Positions 23,674 through 37,382 of a stretch of 64,000 nt of DNA are shown piece by piece. The position numbers were made by a program, and so were the translations under genes. Every line of letters begins with the position of its first letter. Positions within the stretch are counted from its first letter, which is position 1. The notes under the pieces are model-generated. The model made no database searches, had not been told where the DNA came from, and saw only the letters and a list, made by a program, of their open reading frames with translations. This DNA is from Macrostomum lignano (lineage: Eukaryota), in the NCBI GenBank assembly GCA_002269645.1, contig NIVC01001463.1, forward strand, positions 186,001 through 250,000. The letters run 5' to 3'.

Positions 23674-26600
23674 TTACACGTACTTAAAGCACTTGACCTT
23701 GTCAGTGCCGAGTCGGGTCTTAAACAGCACCGAGTCAGCCCTGAACTGACTGTACAGCAGGGTGTTGTACCCGAACATGCCGCTGAAGTAGTTAATACAG
23801 TGCGACCGTTCAAAGAAATGCGAATCGTCTTTATAAAGCGACTGGGAACAGCCGAAGCAGGGAAACGTCCAGCGCGACGTCACTTTGATTGGCGCCTTGC
23901 GAGTCACGTGACTAACAAGAAAATTCATTAGGATGTCCTCGCAGTTTGTCAGCCGGTCGACTTCGGCGCGTAGAGCTGCGGGCAGCCAATATGAGTACAG
24001 GTGCAGGTAGTGGACGTGAAGAAATGCCGCTCCTGTGAGCACCATGGAGTATTCGCAGGTCTGGTTGGAATTGTACACCCAGCCGGAGCCCGATCGGGCG
24101 TGGAATCTGGCCGGGAAGCCGACGATGCGATCGCGGTGCTCGCGCCAGACTCGGAAGGCCAGCACCAGCTCGTCCTGGCGCATGTACACGTCATCGTCAA
24201 GGCTCAGCACAGCTTCGGTGCGAATCTGGGACCACGGCAGGAACCGGTTGTTGAGCGAGTTGCCTGCAGTGTGCGGAGGGGGTTGCAGCAAAACTGGTCA
24301 GGACTTTAAATCCACGCAAGAGTATTCGAGTGGGGTTTTCTCTTAGTCTCTGGGGGTGGGTTGGCCCAGCAACTGAGGATCTAAGAGGCTGGCCCAGCAA
24401 CTGACACTCTGGGAGGCTGGCCCAGCACCTGAGGATCTAAGAGGCTGGCCCAGCAACTGACACTCTGGGAGGCTGGCCCAGCACCTGAGGATCTAAGAGG
24501 CTGGCCCGCCATCATTCAGTCTCACCAGGCCCGCGAATAAAATGCAGCGGCACGCCGCCCAGATCCGGCCAGACAGTGCTGGGGTTGGGCGGCCGCTCGC
24601 CATTCCACACCACCAGCACCGAGTGCAGGTAGGGCAGGCCGGCCAGTTTAGACAGGGAGCCAACCAGCACCGACTCGCGATTATAGCTGAGCACAACCGC
24701 CGTGAACTGTTCGGCTGGCAGGTTGCCGCCCGCCGCCCGGCTAAATTCGACTCCGCCAGTGCCCATAGAATGATTGATGGGGCGATAGCCGTAGGCGGAA
24801 CCGTTGAATTGGGCGTCGGTTGGCGGCGGCAGCGGATGGCCCGGCAGGCTTGGATAGTTGAGCAGCGGGTTCGGCAGCTGGCTGATTGGCGCCGGGGCTG
24901 TGTAGTTGTGCTGCTCGGGGATTAAGGCGGAAGAGTTTAGGTAATGAAAAGACAAGTTTTATTAAGCGCTGAGGCCATTCTGCCCATTCCGCTGACTCCT
25001 GAGCACACACAAGCGCGCCAATACTGTACGCAGGCACGCACTCATGCACACGCTTACACAGGGTGTACAGCGGCCTGACATTCTAATCGTCAGGCATGTA
25101 CACTCTCTGTGCCTTGGGGGTTGGCCTTCATGGGTGTGAACCACACAACCTCCAAGCCAATGAATGCGGCCGCGCACGGAATCGAACCCGCGTCTTCCCC
25201 TATCTCTTCAGCCTCAACAGAGTAAGCTATGAGACAGCTATGGAGGATGGCTCACCTGAAACAGCACGGAGTCCAGAGGCGGCTCCACCGCGCCCAGGTA
25301 GTCCTGCGTCTCGTCGAAGTGGCTGGGCACGCGGCCCATGAGCAGGCGGGAATGCCCGGGCAGCAGGGCGCTGGAGCCTGTAGGCCCCACGGCTGCGGGA
25401 CCCGGCAAGCCCAGCCGCCTATTGAGCAGGGTGAGCAGAGTAGCAGCCTGGGCTCGCCAGGTGCCCAGATGCCGTTCGAGCAGCAGGCGGCCGTGTCGGC
25501 GCAACTCCAACAGCGCGGCGTCGCTGTACGTGGCCAGCAGCCAGGCCAGCTCGCTAGATCGGGACCTCGGCAGGCGGACAATGGCCCTACGCCACAGCGG
25601 CTCCAGTAGGTCACCGAACGGTGGCAGCATGTCGCCGAGGATTAGCGGCACTGAGCCGGCCAACAGGCAGTCCAGTAGGCGCCGCTGACCTCCCAGCGTG
25701 GATAGCGGTGCCCCGGCCGGCGCCAGAATCGGACAGAAGGTGGCGCCAGCCAGGGCGGGCAGCTCCACTTTGGACGTCAAGTTGTCGACAACGTCGCTAC
25801 GACAGAGTCGTTGAAGCTCGTCTAGCACTAAACGATCGACATCGCTAATCTGGCGCCACCAGCTGGAATTGGCGCCGGGCAAAAGCGGCGCCGTTAATAG
25901 GCGCGGCCTTCGCGCCGGCACCAATGGCGGCAGAGCGGCCCAGAGGTCGCTGGCCGATCGGAACGGCGCCTTAGCCGGCATGACAATGTCCCAGCCGGGC
26001 CGGTAGCTCCCGGACGGTTGGTAGCGCGAGGCCACAACAGCCCGAGGCCGCTCCGCTATCAGACCGCGCCTCAGCCGCTCGCTAGCAGCCGACGCCGGCA
26101 ACAACAGCATAGCAACCAGATTGGTCGCAGCAGGAACAGCCGACAGCGTCGACTTCGATGAAGACCCGACGTCAGCTAGCACCAGGCAGGAGTCGCGAAC
26201 AGCAACATTTGTTGACATGCCATCAGGCAGGAGGCGCCGACTGGAGTTCAACAGTCTGGCAGCATCAGTCAGCGAGTCTGTGGCCGAGTACAGCAGCGCG
26301 AATCTCGGCCGCTGGTCGGCCAGCCCGCACCGGGCATAGTCGAAGCAGTCAACTAGGCCGCAGTTGCCTTCGCTAGCCTTGTCCACCGCAGAAGCCGACT
26401 TCAGAGTCGAGATATTCAACGGCAGCCGCAGGACCGGCAGATTTCTTTGATCAGCCTCGGCTAAACGGATTTGCAAGGCGGCCAAATCCGATCGCGCCAT
26501 CTCCGTATCGGCGCTAATCTTGCGCTGATTTCGCATCAGATTAGCTAGCTCGATTCGGCTTGCCCGAATCTGTTGCATTATCTTGGTCCGCTCGCGCTCC

Positions 26601-26866
26601 ATCCGGACCAGCTCCTGCCTGACCGACGCCTTCACCCGGCGAAGATCGGCCAGGGCGGCTAGCGAGTCGGCGCAATTCCGACGGTGCAACCGCAGCGCCC
26701 GGCCAGACAGAGGCGGCGGCGTTGTTGGTGACGCTGTGGAGCTGCTGGAGACCGGCTGAGCGGCGCACCGGCTGCTGCAGTCGCCCAGCCAGACGGTGAG
26801 GGCGCACAGAGCAGCCAGCAAACCGGCTAGAGAGAGCAGACAGCCGAACTTGCGCCAGCAACGCAT
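23674..26866 (-). CDS. EXTL3: Exostosin-like 3 glycosyltransferase (heparan sulfate initiation)
   Basis: Exons 26866-25257, 24910-24526, 24263-23674. Type II TM anchor, coiled coil, degenerate GT47 region, GT64 domain ([38 protein letters not shown]) and terminal [12 protein letters not shown]...KCFKYV. Confidence 0.93.
24365..24510 (+). repeat. Intronic dimeric minisatellite (GAGGCTGGCCCAGCAACTGACACTCTGG / ...GCACCTGAGGATCTAA)
   Basis: Alternating ~28-29 bp units in EXTL3 intron 2. Confidence 0.8.
24962..25240 (-). mobile_element. tRNA-derived SINE, family A copy 2 (EXTL3 intron 1)
   Basis: B box (GGAATCGAACC on plus) at 25178-25188; body and tail (GTGTGCTCAGGAGTC.GCGGAATGGGCAGAAT) shared with the 48-kb copy. 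Confidence 0.75.
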
Positions 26867-26985
26867 TTCAAATTAATAAATGCCTGCGCAGTAACGAGAT
26901 GCGTTCTGAAATCAGCAGGGTTTGCGCTTCATTAAGGCGTTGGGGAGAATTTCTGACTGGCAAACGGTGTGATCTTCAAGGAGAA

Positions 26986-27825
26986 AATGATAAACTAACA
27001 GTTGCTAGGGAAAAGAGATCAATGATAAACTAACAGTTGCTAGGGAAAAGAGATCAATGATAAACTAACAGTTGCTAGGGAAAAGAGATCAATGATAAAC
27101 TAACAGTTGCTAGGGAAAAGAGATCAATGATAAACTAACAATTGCTAGGGAAAAGAGATCAATGATAAACTAACAATTGCTAGGGAAAAGAGATCAATGA
27201 TAAACTAACATTTGCTAGGGAAATGAGAACAATGATAAACTAACAATTGCTAGGGAAATGAGATCAATGATAAACTAACAATTGCTAGGGAAAAGAGATC
27301 AATGATAAACTAACAATTGCTAGGGAAATGAGATCAATGATAAACTAACAATTGCTAGGGAAAAGAGATCAATGATAAACTAACAGTTGCTAGGGAAAAG
27401 AGATCAATGATAAACTAACAATTGCTAGGGAAATGAGATCAATGATAAACTAACAGTTGCTAGGGAAAAGAGATCAATGATAAACTAACAATTGCTAGTG
27501 AAATGAGATCAATGATAAACTAACAATTGCTAGGGAAATGAGACAATGATAAACTAACAGTTGCTAGGGAAATGAGACAATGATAAACTAATGGTTGCTA
27601 GGGAAATGAGACAATGATAAACTAACAATTGCTAGGGAAAAGAGATCAATGATAAACTAACAATTGCTAGGGAAATGAGATCGATGATAAACTAACAATT
27701 GCTAGGGAAAAGAGATCAATGATAAACTAACAATTGCTAGGGAAAAGAGATCGATGATAAACTAACAGTTGCTAGGGAAATGAGATCAATGATAAACTAA
27801 CAGTTGCTAGGGAAATGAGACAAAT
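26986..27825 (+). repeat. 35-bp minisatellite (AATGATAAACTAACAGTTGCTAGGGAAAAGAGATC), ~24 units, just upstream of EXTL3
   Basis: Direct tandem copies with few variants. Confidence 0.95.
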
Positions 27826-28401
27826 AAATAAAGAACAAAGACGCCACAGACGGTTTATTGGCAAAGTAGGTCAGAAGTCAATGCTAAACCACAATTTCAC
27901 TTTTTAAAATCACAACAAAAGTTAAAAGCAAAAAAAAGAATTAATTTATTTTAGTTTGATATATTGTGTCGCACGATAAAAATTAAAGGACAAATAGGTT
28001 ACACATCAAGCTTGGGATTGTTCGATTGCAAAATCGAAACTGAATTGACAGAAAAGCACAAAAAAATAAGAACGCTGATAGATCGGTTCAGCTGATTTTC
28101 GTTGAATGCATTGCATTATTGTATTATAATTTCAATGGGACTAAAACGCAACATAATCCAATCGATTCGAAGCTGGTAGAAGTTGGGAAAAATTGGTTGG
28201 GGTAGAAACGTTAAGACAATATACGCGCAAAATACTGAAACAATATTTATTAATCGCCTCAGAGTTTACCTGGCAGAGCTAGCACATGCCTCATCATTGC
28301 TAAAATTTGAAAACTTGGTTACTTCTACTACTATTGATCTTAAGATGTTAGTAGTATCGAGTGATAAATCCACGAATAAGATGTCAATTTTATTATTCTA
28401 T

Positions 28402-30253
28402 TCAGTCGTCCTTATTATGCGCGGCGAACACTTCGTTAGTCTGCATGCTGACCCGAATAAAAGTGGTCCGGCGGGACAGCTCCTTGAGCTTAGAGGCGCC
28501 AACGTAGGTGCAGGCGCTGCGCACTCCGCCAAGAATGTCTAACACGGTTCGCTCAACCGGCCCGCGATACGGTATCTCGATAGTCTTGCCCTCCGAGGCC
28601 CGGTACTCGGCCACTCCGCCAGCGTGTCTGTCCATAGCTGTGCGCGAGCTCATACCGTAGAACAATTTGTACTTTTTACCGTTCCGTTCGATAACTTCGC
28701 CGGCCGATTCGTCGTGTCCGGCGAACAGTCCGCCGGCCATAACGAAATCGGCTCCGGCGCCGAACGCTTTGGCAACGTCGCCGGGATTGACGCAGCCGCC
28801 GTCCGAGATGATGTGGCCGCCGAGGCCGTGAGCAGCGTCGGCGCACTCGAGCACAGCGGACAGTTGCGGATAGCCGACGCCGGTCTTTTTTCGGGTGGTG
28901 CACACGCTGCCCGGCCCGATGCCAACCTTGATCACGTCGGCGCCTGCGGGGGCGGGGGGAAGGATTTTGTGAAGGGTCCGCAATTTCGATGTCCCCAATT
29001 GGGGCTTAAGTGGAGTTGCAATGTGAAATTATCAACATAAAGAATAAAAATACATATATCTGGTCTCTTTACAGCCTCTTATGCAGAGTCAATGTAGCCT
29101 GATGTCTAGTCCCATCAAAGTCTGATATCTAGTCTCATTAAAGCCAGATATCTAGTCTTATCTCATGAAATTCTGATATACGAGTATATATTCACATCCT
29201 AATCTGATATCTATTCTTATCGAAGCCTGATATCTAATCGCATCTCATCGAATTCTGCTATATATTCACATCCTAACCTGATATCTATTCTCATTGAAGC
29301 CTGATATCTATTCTGATTATAGCCTGATAACTAGTTTTATCGAAGTCTGATATCTAATTTTATCGAAGCCTGATATCTAGTCTCATCGAAGCCTGATATC
29401 TAGTCTCATAGGATCCTGATATCTAGTCTCATCGTAGTCTAATATCTAGTCTCATCGCGTTCTGATGTCTAGTCTCATAGGAGCCTGATATCTAGTATCA
29501 TTGAAGCCTGATATCTAGTCTCATAGGAGCCTGATATCTAGTCTCATCGCGTTCTGATGTCTAGTCTCATAGGAGCCTGATATCTAGTCTCATCGCGTTC
29601 TGATGTCTAGTCTCATAGTAGCCTGATATCTAGTCTCATCGCGTTCTGATGTCTAGTCTCATAGGAGCCTGATATCTAGTCTCATTGAAGCCTGATATCT
29701 ATTCTGTAGAACAAAGCCAAATAAGACTATATAATCATTTACCAGATAGAATGAGCTGCTCAACCATCTCGCCAGTGACCACATTGCCAGCGAGTATGGT
29801 GTGCTCAGGAAACAGGTCGCGCACTTTGCGCACAAAAGCTACGAAATTCTCCGAATAGCCGTTAGCAACGTCTAGACAGATGAAGCGCAGCTGCGGAACA
29901 GCTTTGAGAATCTGGACGAGTCGTTCTAAATCGCCAGTGCCGGCAGACACGGCGCAGTGCTCCAACACTTCCGGATCGGAATTGGCTGCAAACGACTGCC
30001 ATTCCTGGGCTGAATAGTGCTTGTGCACCGCCGTAAACATTGCGTGCTTGGCCAATGCGCGTGCCATTTCAAACGTACCAGTAGTGTCCATGTTCGCCGT
30101 CATAATTGGCACGCCGTAGTACTTTGCGCCACTGTTTCTAAATACATACTCGCGGCATAGGTCAACCTCTGAGCGAGACTTTAAAGTGCTTCGTTTTGGC
30201 CGGATTAGAACGTCCTTGAAGTCTAGCTTAATGTCCTGCTCAACGTGCGGCAT
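28402..30253 (-). CDS. GMPR: GMP reductase
   Basis: Exons 30253-29743 and 28943-28402 (phase 1). Motifs [43 protein letters not shown] and YRASEGK. Confidence 0.96.
29100..29705 (+). repeat. Intronic ~21-bp minisatellite (CTGATATCTAGTCTCATAGGAGC-like), degenerating toward one end
   Basis: Fills most of the GMPR intron. Confidence 0.88.
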
Positions 30254-33200
30254 TATTTTTATTACATCAATTGAACGTGTGTAATAAGCAGACTAATGTT
30301 TTACTGTTCAGTAGTTCAGTTAATTTTTCAAGACTGTACTCGCGACCTTAAACCCTTCTGTTTAACCTCCAACTCATAAGAGAACACATTAAACTTAAAC
30401 TATACTAAGAAAACTTACGGAAAAACAGCAGAATACTAAGGCTGCCCTAATGGTGCTCCAATAGAAATGTGATTACTATAGAGTGAAGGAATCGGAAACA
30501 ATCAGGTTTCTCCCTACTAAGAATGAAACGCTGTAGGAGCAGACAGACAGCACCAGATGGTCTGAGGAGGCGACCTGCTCACTTTCATCCGACAGGGTCC
30601 CTTTGACCAAGTCGCCCACGAATGTCTCTATCTCAAGAGATAACCACTGCCAGAAGACAGCAAGTCGTGGACTGGCTAGACTGGAGCAGCTGAAGGAGTT
30701 AATTGATGGCTTGGCAACTTGCACAAGCCACAACTGGGCCTCAGCCTCAGCTCAGCATCCAACATCACCTTGGTATCAGATCAAATGGAATGCCTCTAAA
30801 CCTGAAAAGCATCAATAAGCCCCGACCACAAGCCCATCCCAGAATCCTGCAGCTACATCTAGAAGGCATAAACCAAGAAAACAAGTACTATGAGGCTGCA
30901 GCAATCAGCCAGAACAGGAAAATGGCAGACTAGGACCGATTCCGCCGGCAGACTAAGATCAATTCTGCCAGCTAGCTGAGAACACCCTGCCCAAGGCTAG
31001 AGGCAGAGGACCAGCTAGGAACAACAACTGAATACAAAGAAGACTGCCAACTTGTGCATGATCACCATCAAAGCTATATACCAAGACATTGGCATTCTAC
31101 TTTAGACAACAACTAGCAATAGATCATCATTTACAATGTTAGATTTACAATAGAAGAAAGGGACAAGATCAAAAAGGAAAAGGGTGGAGACAGAAAACTA
31201 GAAAGAGATAGATAAACACATTGAAGCTGTGCTTACAGAATTCTACAAAACTAGTAGCAATACTTTTATAGCAATAGCAACAATGGAAAGATAAGATCAA
31301 ACAAATAAAAAGAGCCTGGATCAAGGAGAACAAGGAGAGCAAAAAAAGGAGAAAAGGTATTTCTCAAACTAGAAAAAAGCATATATGTATTTTTGCAAGA
31401 TGCTATGCCAAAATATGCCAGCATAGTCTATATCTAGCAAAGACAATAAATGCATGTGCCAAAGCACTATCCAACTATAGGAAATACTATGATTATAAAT
31501 CAATAGTAATACCAATAAATAAAATCATTTAGCATTACAATATCTTATCAATAAAAATTATTTTATTACAAAGAAAAACGTAAAATAATTATCTAGCTTT
31601 CATTTGGATAATAAAAAACTATAATCATTTGTATCAAAATAGTATTTAAAAATCAACAAAATACTCTAGAAATATAAGAGCTTTTACTTTGTTACTTTGA
31701 CTCTATGTTGCATAATATAAGTTACATCACTTAAAATTCAATACTAAGCTAGGCCTATAATTTACTGCATACTCTTAAAGGTGGCAACTTGTTTTTGAGT
31801 ATTGAGTATACTTATAGCTTAGTTAGTGGGATAATCTTATTCCTAGTTTCTCAAGTTAAATTATTTTAATTTTTTAAAGTATTTTACTTAAATTAATAAA
31901 TTCAATAAGTTAAAACAAGTTAGTCCATAGTAGTCAATATTCCACTGAGCTCACAAAATGGCATAATAATGAGCAACTCAAAACTAGTTGGAAACTAGGA
32001 ACTTTGCATACAAATACTATTGAAGGGACTTAGGTGCATGCGCATGCCAAAGCAAAGTTCTAGAACATGAAATGAAATGAAAAATGACTAACTTGATTGA
32101 ACTTTTTGAGTAGATTTTTAAATTCAAAATAATTGAATATGGGAAACTAGGATTATGTGGTAGGGGGCCTATACCTAGTTACCATAGGCCTATATGCTCT
32201 TGAATGCATGGTGATAGGCACAAGAACAAAAATAGTAGAATGATGAATGGTATAGGCCTAATACTGTAGTTAGGGTGTCCAGTGAGCCTATTTTTAGCAT
32301 GTGCACAAAAACGAAAAAAACATGAAAAAGTGGTCTTCTTTAAATGGCCATAACTTTTTTAATATGTAAGATATGGCTATGATCTTAAATTCATTGAAAA
32401 ATAGACAAATAGATCTTTCAAACCACATATAGTTTCTATGTTTAGGACATACGATTACAAAGATACAGATTGTCAAACATTGTGTACATTTTCATACATT
32501 TTCAAAACTGTGCCGAATTTGCTTGAAAATATGGGGTTGGGAGGATTTTTTTTTAGTAAAAGAGTGCATAACTGCTAAGAATGCTTGCACATTGGGTGTA
32601 GGTAACTTCCCGCAGGTCATTTTAAGCAAAAATTTTTGTTCAAAAATATGTACATGTACTTATTTTTATATTTTATATTTTTTTATATACATGTACATGT
32701 AAAATTTAAAATGGTCATAACTTTAAATGGATAGAGTGGCACCCTAATTCTTTTTGCTACTTACTTTTAGTGACAAAATGAAACTTTTAGGCAAGACAGG
32801 ATGAGTGTAACTCTTGCCGCAGTATGCTTAACAGAAATCGTAGAAAGCTAATTAAAAATATTAAAGCACTAAAAGGTACCAGCTAAGTAAAGCTGAGCTA
32901 ACTAAAAAGGTTCTCAGTCAATTTGGCTACTTGCAGATAAAGTGGATGGGGATGAAAACGGGAGCAGACGAATCGGCTGTCATACTCTCATACATGTACA
33001 TGTACATACACAATGTAATCATACTGTGTATTGCCCTTAAGATTGTTAGATTGGCTACAAGCGAGTCACCAATGCGCCACTCTATCGCCGAACTGGTCCT
33101 GTCCCAGCAAACTGTTGCACAGTTGGCAACTCCAGTCTCCAGCTGCCAGGCCATGTCATCCAAGCCGATTCATACTGCCCGCAGCTGTGCAGTTGCTGCT

Positions 33201-34789
33201 GACACTGCAGACACCGTAATACTGGAGAAAAAAGGGCAAAAGGCACACACTCGCATTTTCTTGACTGCCTGCTGGCTGATGCAGCCGACACCCCAGACAC
33301 TGCTGATGGTGCAACCTACATTCATGTCAACTCACCCTGTAACATTGTCATGATCATGCCTGACTGGCTTGACTGTAATAGCTAGTTGTAGTACTGTAGT
33401 AGACTCATAGTACAATGAGAAGGCCTGGCCAGCATAGCAGACAAAATGCTCATTCAGATATTTGCTGACGAGCTGACTGCAGATGAATTGGTAGCAGAAA
33501 AATTTACTGGATTACCACGAAAAGCTATTGTGCTGAAAAGTGGACATAGTGAACAAGTAAATGAATCAAATGATGCAAGTAAACTGTAAAGGTAGATTCA
33601 ATTGCTAAATTCGGGCATGTCCTTTTCAAACATGAAAGTAAATGATTTAGTAACATTATTTAGTAAAGCATCAATTCATTACAATTATCAGATGGACTAC
33701 AAAAAGCTTTTGAATGACTCCAGCATGAAGATAGAAGATTACAATTGACAGGAGCTACATTGATTTTTTAGACATACAGAGTGGTACTTTGGAAAACATA
33801 TTTTTGTGGAAATAATAGTCAACCATTTATATACAACTTACAGTAGGAAGTCAAAAATCTGACTTGAATTATAGCATACAAGTATTACTTTGACATGAAA
33901 GTAATACAAATTAAGGTTAATGGAAAGTATAACATGATAAAGCCAAAAAACAGTACTCTAGAAAAAAATTTTTCTTCCCTTTTTTGTCTTAATCCCCAGA
34001 TATCTGCATATATAGAACAGTATATATGTACAAAATATCAGAAAATGTTATGGCAACAAAAATCTAAAAAATAACACCTAAAACACTAAAATTGGTTATG
34101 AAATAAAAAGTTACAAACATTTTACTGAAAAAACATGCTTTTTTGCCCAAAAATGGCTCAGTTTTTAGAGTATTTGAGATATAGGAAAAAAGGGTCCTAG
34201 TCATTTTGTCAACTAGAATTTTGTCAACTAACCATTTCGTCAACTCGGTTTTATCACTGGTCGTTTCGTCAACTAGCCAATGAAGCGATCTCAAACCTCA
34301 GTCACTTCGTCAACTGGCCAACAGGAAGTGTTCCAACATTTGGTCACTTCTTCAACTGCCAATAAACTACCCCCTGCAGCCACAAAAAAAGTAAAACTGA
34401 ACCCTGAAATGACTAAGTCGACAGGCTAATTAATATTCATATCCTTCTGCAACATCTGCCAGCTTTTGATCGATGCGTCTCTGTTATACACTTGTACATG
34501 TACTAACAAAATATAATGCACTTGTGTTTGAAATGTGTGCAGCATGACAGGGTTGACATCCTGTGTTACACATTAGTATATATTAAATTTTGAATGCAGA
34601 AGTTAATTAAGAAGTAGTACATGTAGTTGAGGAGTACCCGGACCAAAGATAATGCTTAAAGTAGCTAGGTCCTCTATTTGCAAAACATACATATAGAAAG
34701 CATTAAAAATCAAGCCATTACATACATGAATGTGGTCATGTATGACTGTGCAGCAGGTTGCTTGGACAGAACAAGTCAGTGCAGTGATA

Positions 34790-35030
34790 CAAAAGCCGCG
34801 TTGGTCACTTGCATAGGTAATCTTGAAGGTGGCACGTAGCAGGCCAGTGTGTGCCGCATCAACTTGTTGCTTGAGCGACTTCATCAGCATCCAGGTCTTG
34901 ACAGTGTACAGCAAGACAGTCTCGATCACCGCCTCACCTGGAACAATGCTGCCTTCAAGCGGTCAGCTATACATTAAGCTGGCCTCACAGACTGCAGGAC
35001 TTCCCAGACTACATGTAAATGTACTGTAGC
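34790..35030 (-). mobile_element. RTE-clade LINE 3' fragment (post-RT region)
   Basis: IETVLLYTVKTWMLMKSLKQQVDAAHTGLLR matches the RTE motif (V/I)ESVLLYGxETWTLTxxxxxxLD..T.LLR; degenerate. Confidence 0.65.
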
Positions 35031-35329
35031 TCAAGCCAGTAGTGTCGGAACATATTTCAGAGTGGGTGGGGGGCTATTTGATAGGAGGGCACATTGCACA
35101 TAATTTCTTCTAATCTAAGGGCACCCAAACTCCTGCTGTTATATCAGTTTGTGGCATTATGACATAACCAGGGCCAATATTTAATTGTGTTGGAGTAGCC
35201 AAAAGTTTGAAAATGCTCAAATTTTCAACTAATTTAAACATTGCGCAACTGTACTGCACTCATTTCAAGGACTGCACTTAAGTGACTTCAGTGGTCCAAT
35301 TGACTAGGGCGCCAGTGCCGTGATCAAGT

Positions 35330-35490
35330 TCACCAAAGATGTTGATCCATATCTTGCACCACGGCTGGTGGGATGGCCACCTTGTCAGGGTCAGCAGCAC
35401 CTTTGGGGGCTTGAAAGATTTTTCGCTCATGGTGCAGGGCTCGCAAAACATGACCAAGTCTTGTGCAGCTATATGAGCAGGAATGCATGA
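35330..35490 (-). mobile_element. Possible hAT transposase N-terminal zinc-finger remnant
   Basis: LVMFCEPC...SFK...H spacing resembles the TTF/BED-type finger of hAT transposases; short and degenerate. Confidence 0.3.
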
Positions 35491-36519
35491 ATCAAAAGCA
35501 CGCCGCTGTGGTACTGCACCCAATATTGCCAATTGGTTTGCGCGTCTGCCTGTGCCTTTGTGTCTGTCTGCTCATGTCTGCTTGTGCCTTCTTATAGTGC
35601 ATTGTACATTTTAGTGTTAAGCATGACAGGAGTGAAATACCTTATACATGTACGGCATGATTGATGGATGAGTGCGCATGAAAAGTGTGTAATTATATAT
35701 TCCAATCCAGAGCATTACCAGATATCAAGATTCACTGCGGGGGCTTCGGTTGGCTGTGCACAGCGAGGTAAAGGGGTGGGAAAGCGCATGCAGTACACCA
35801 ATTTTTATGACTCTATATATAGGGGACTTTAGCATCCTTGACGCGTTTTGATAGGAGAAATATCATGTTTTGTAGTTGCATGTATTGTTGCATAAACACA
35901 AAAAGGGCCTACTCAAGATTTATTAATGCCCAGACGCATATGGGTATGAGTGCGCATGGGATGATGCATTTGCATAGAATATTTGCATCGAAACATTTAA
36001 CCTAATGGACATGCAGTCTAGTATTGCAAAAATTCAAAATTTGTTCATTTTAAAAAAATAGGGCAATTAATAAAACAAGTCATTGATAAAACAATAATTA
36101 TAAGCTATATATAAGATATGCAGCTGTATCAGCTATATATCTATATCATTCATATAATGAAAATTTTAGTCACTTTGTCAACAAGCAAATGGGAGGGACC
36201 TAGGCATTGGTCATTTTTTCAACCACCAATAAAGTTGCCCCAACACTTGGTCACTTTGTAAACCGAGTTGATGAAACACCATTTGACAAAATGGCCATCC
36301 CCCGAAAAAACACCATTTTTTTAAATGAAAAATTTCATAACTTTTTTATTACTTGATCAATTTTTAAAAGTCTAGTGTCATTTCACTCATAATATCCAGG
36401 GCTATTTTTTTATTAGAGGCAGGGGTTGTGTGCGCCCTGGCGCACTTTAAGCGACATTGGCACACAACCGACGAGAGGCATTAGGCCCCCTACTGCCCAT
36501 TCCGCCAACTTCCCTGAGC

Positions 36520-36770
36520 AGGCATACAAGCGCATAGATACGTACACAGGCACACACTCACACAGGAGTGTACAGTGGCCCTAACTTTATATTATTGTTA
36601 GGCATGTACATTTCACTGGGCCTTGGGAGGTTGGCTCTCAAGGCTGTTAATTGCACAAGCAGAGCCAAGCCGAGATTCCAATTCAGCCCCAAATTAATGT
36701 GACTGCACTTGGAATCGAGCCTGGGTCGCTGGCACACCAGAGCAGCTGCGCTACTGCTGGGCTATGGTTC
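36520..36770 (-). mobile_element. tRNA-derived SINE, family A copy 3 (older)
   Basis: Degenerate B box GGAATCGAGCC at 36711-36721; shared body ACACTCACACAGGAGTGTACAGTGGCCC. Confidence 0.6.
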
Positions 36771-36984
36771 CTCATAATATCCAGGGCTACAACATGGCAT
36801 GGCTGCATGGTTAAAAATTTGGATTTTGAAAAAAAAATTCTCACTGGACCCCCTACTGTACCTGTAGTATAGTATATAGACCAAGATTTTCTTTTTTATG
36901 AAATTAAAATGTTTTAATTTGACTTAGGACGTAGGTCTGAGTTAAATTAAAATTCTGTAATGCAGGCCTATTTTAATTTTAATA

Positions 36985-37382
36985 AACGAAGAGCTTGCGT
37001 GCACGGCAGCCGTTCACGCAAGCTCAGAATTGCGTGCACGGCAGCTATCTACCTAGTGCTTTATTTGCATGTATGCAGCCGTCCACCTAGTGTTGTAATT
37101 GCGTGCACGGCAGCCTGCAATTGGCCGGGACTGGGGCCCTTAAATCCACGCCTTGGCATTGGCAAACCTAATTAAAAAATATTTTTACTATATTGTTTTA
37201 TAATGTTTTATCCCCCGTACACCATGGACTGCAAATGTAATCTTAATTCATTGTTTTTTTGTTAACTTGAATATTAATTCGAATAGTATATGACTTACTG
37301 TATAAGCCTATAAGATATAGCTCTGCCGTGCACGCAATTCTGAGCTTACGTGAACGGTGGCCGTGCACGCAAGCTCTTCGTT
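36985..37382. mobile_element. MITE with ~65-bp TIRs and TA target duplication
   Basis: TA|AACGAAGAGCTTGCGTGCACGG... and ...CCGTGCACGCAAGCTCTTCGTT|TA; internal GCGTGCACGGCAG repeats. Confidence 0.8.

Noticed and set aside
30476-31300. Possible degenerate Penelope-like or LINE ORF1 fragment
   Set aside because: Only vague similarity (SH...HL...GMPLNL); no RT or endonuclease motif recognised.
34190-36302. GTCAAC-rich blocks that might be the ends of one DNA transposon
   Set aside because: Inverted similarity is weak and no TSD is visible.
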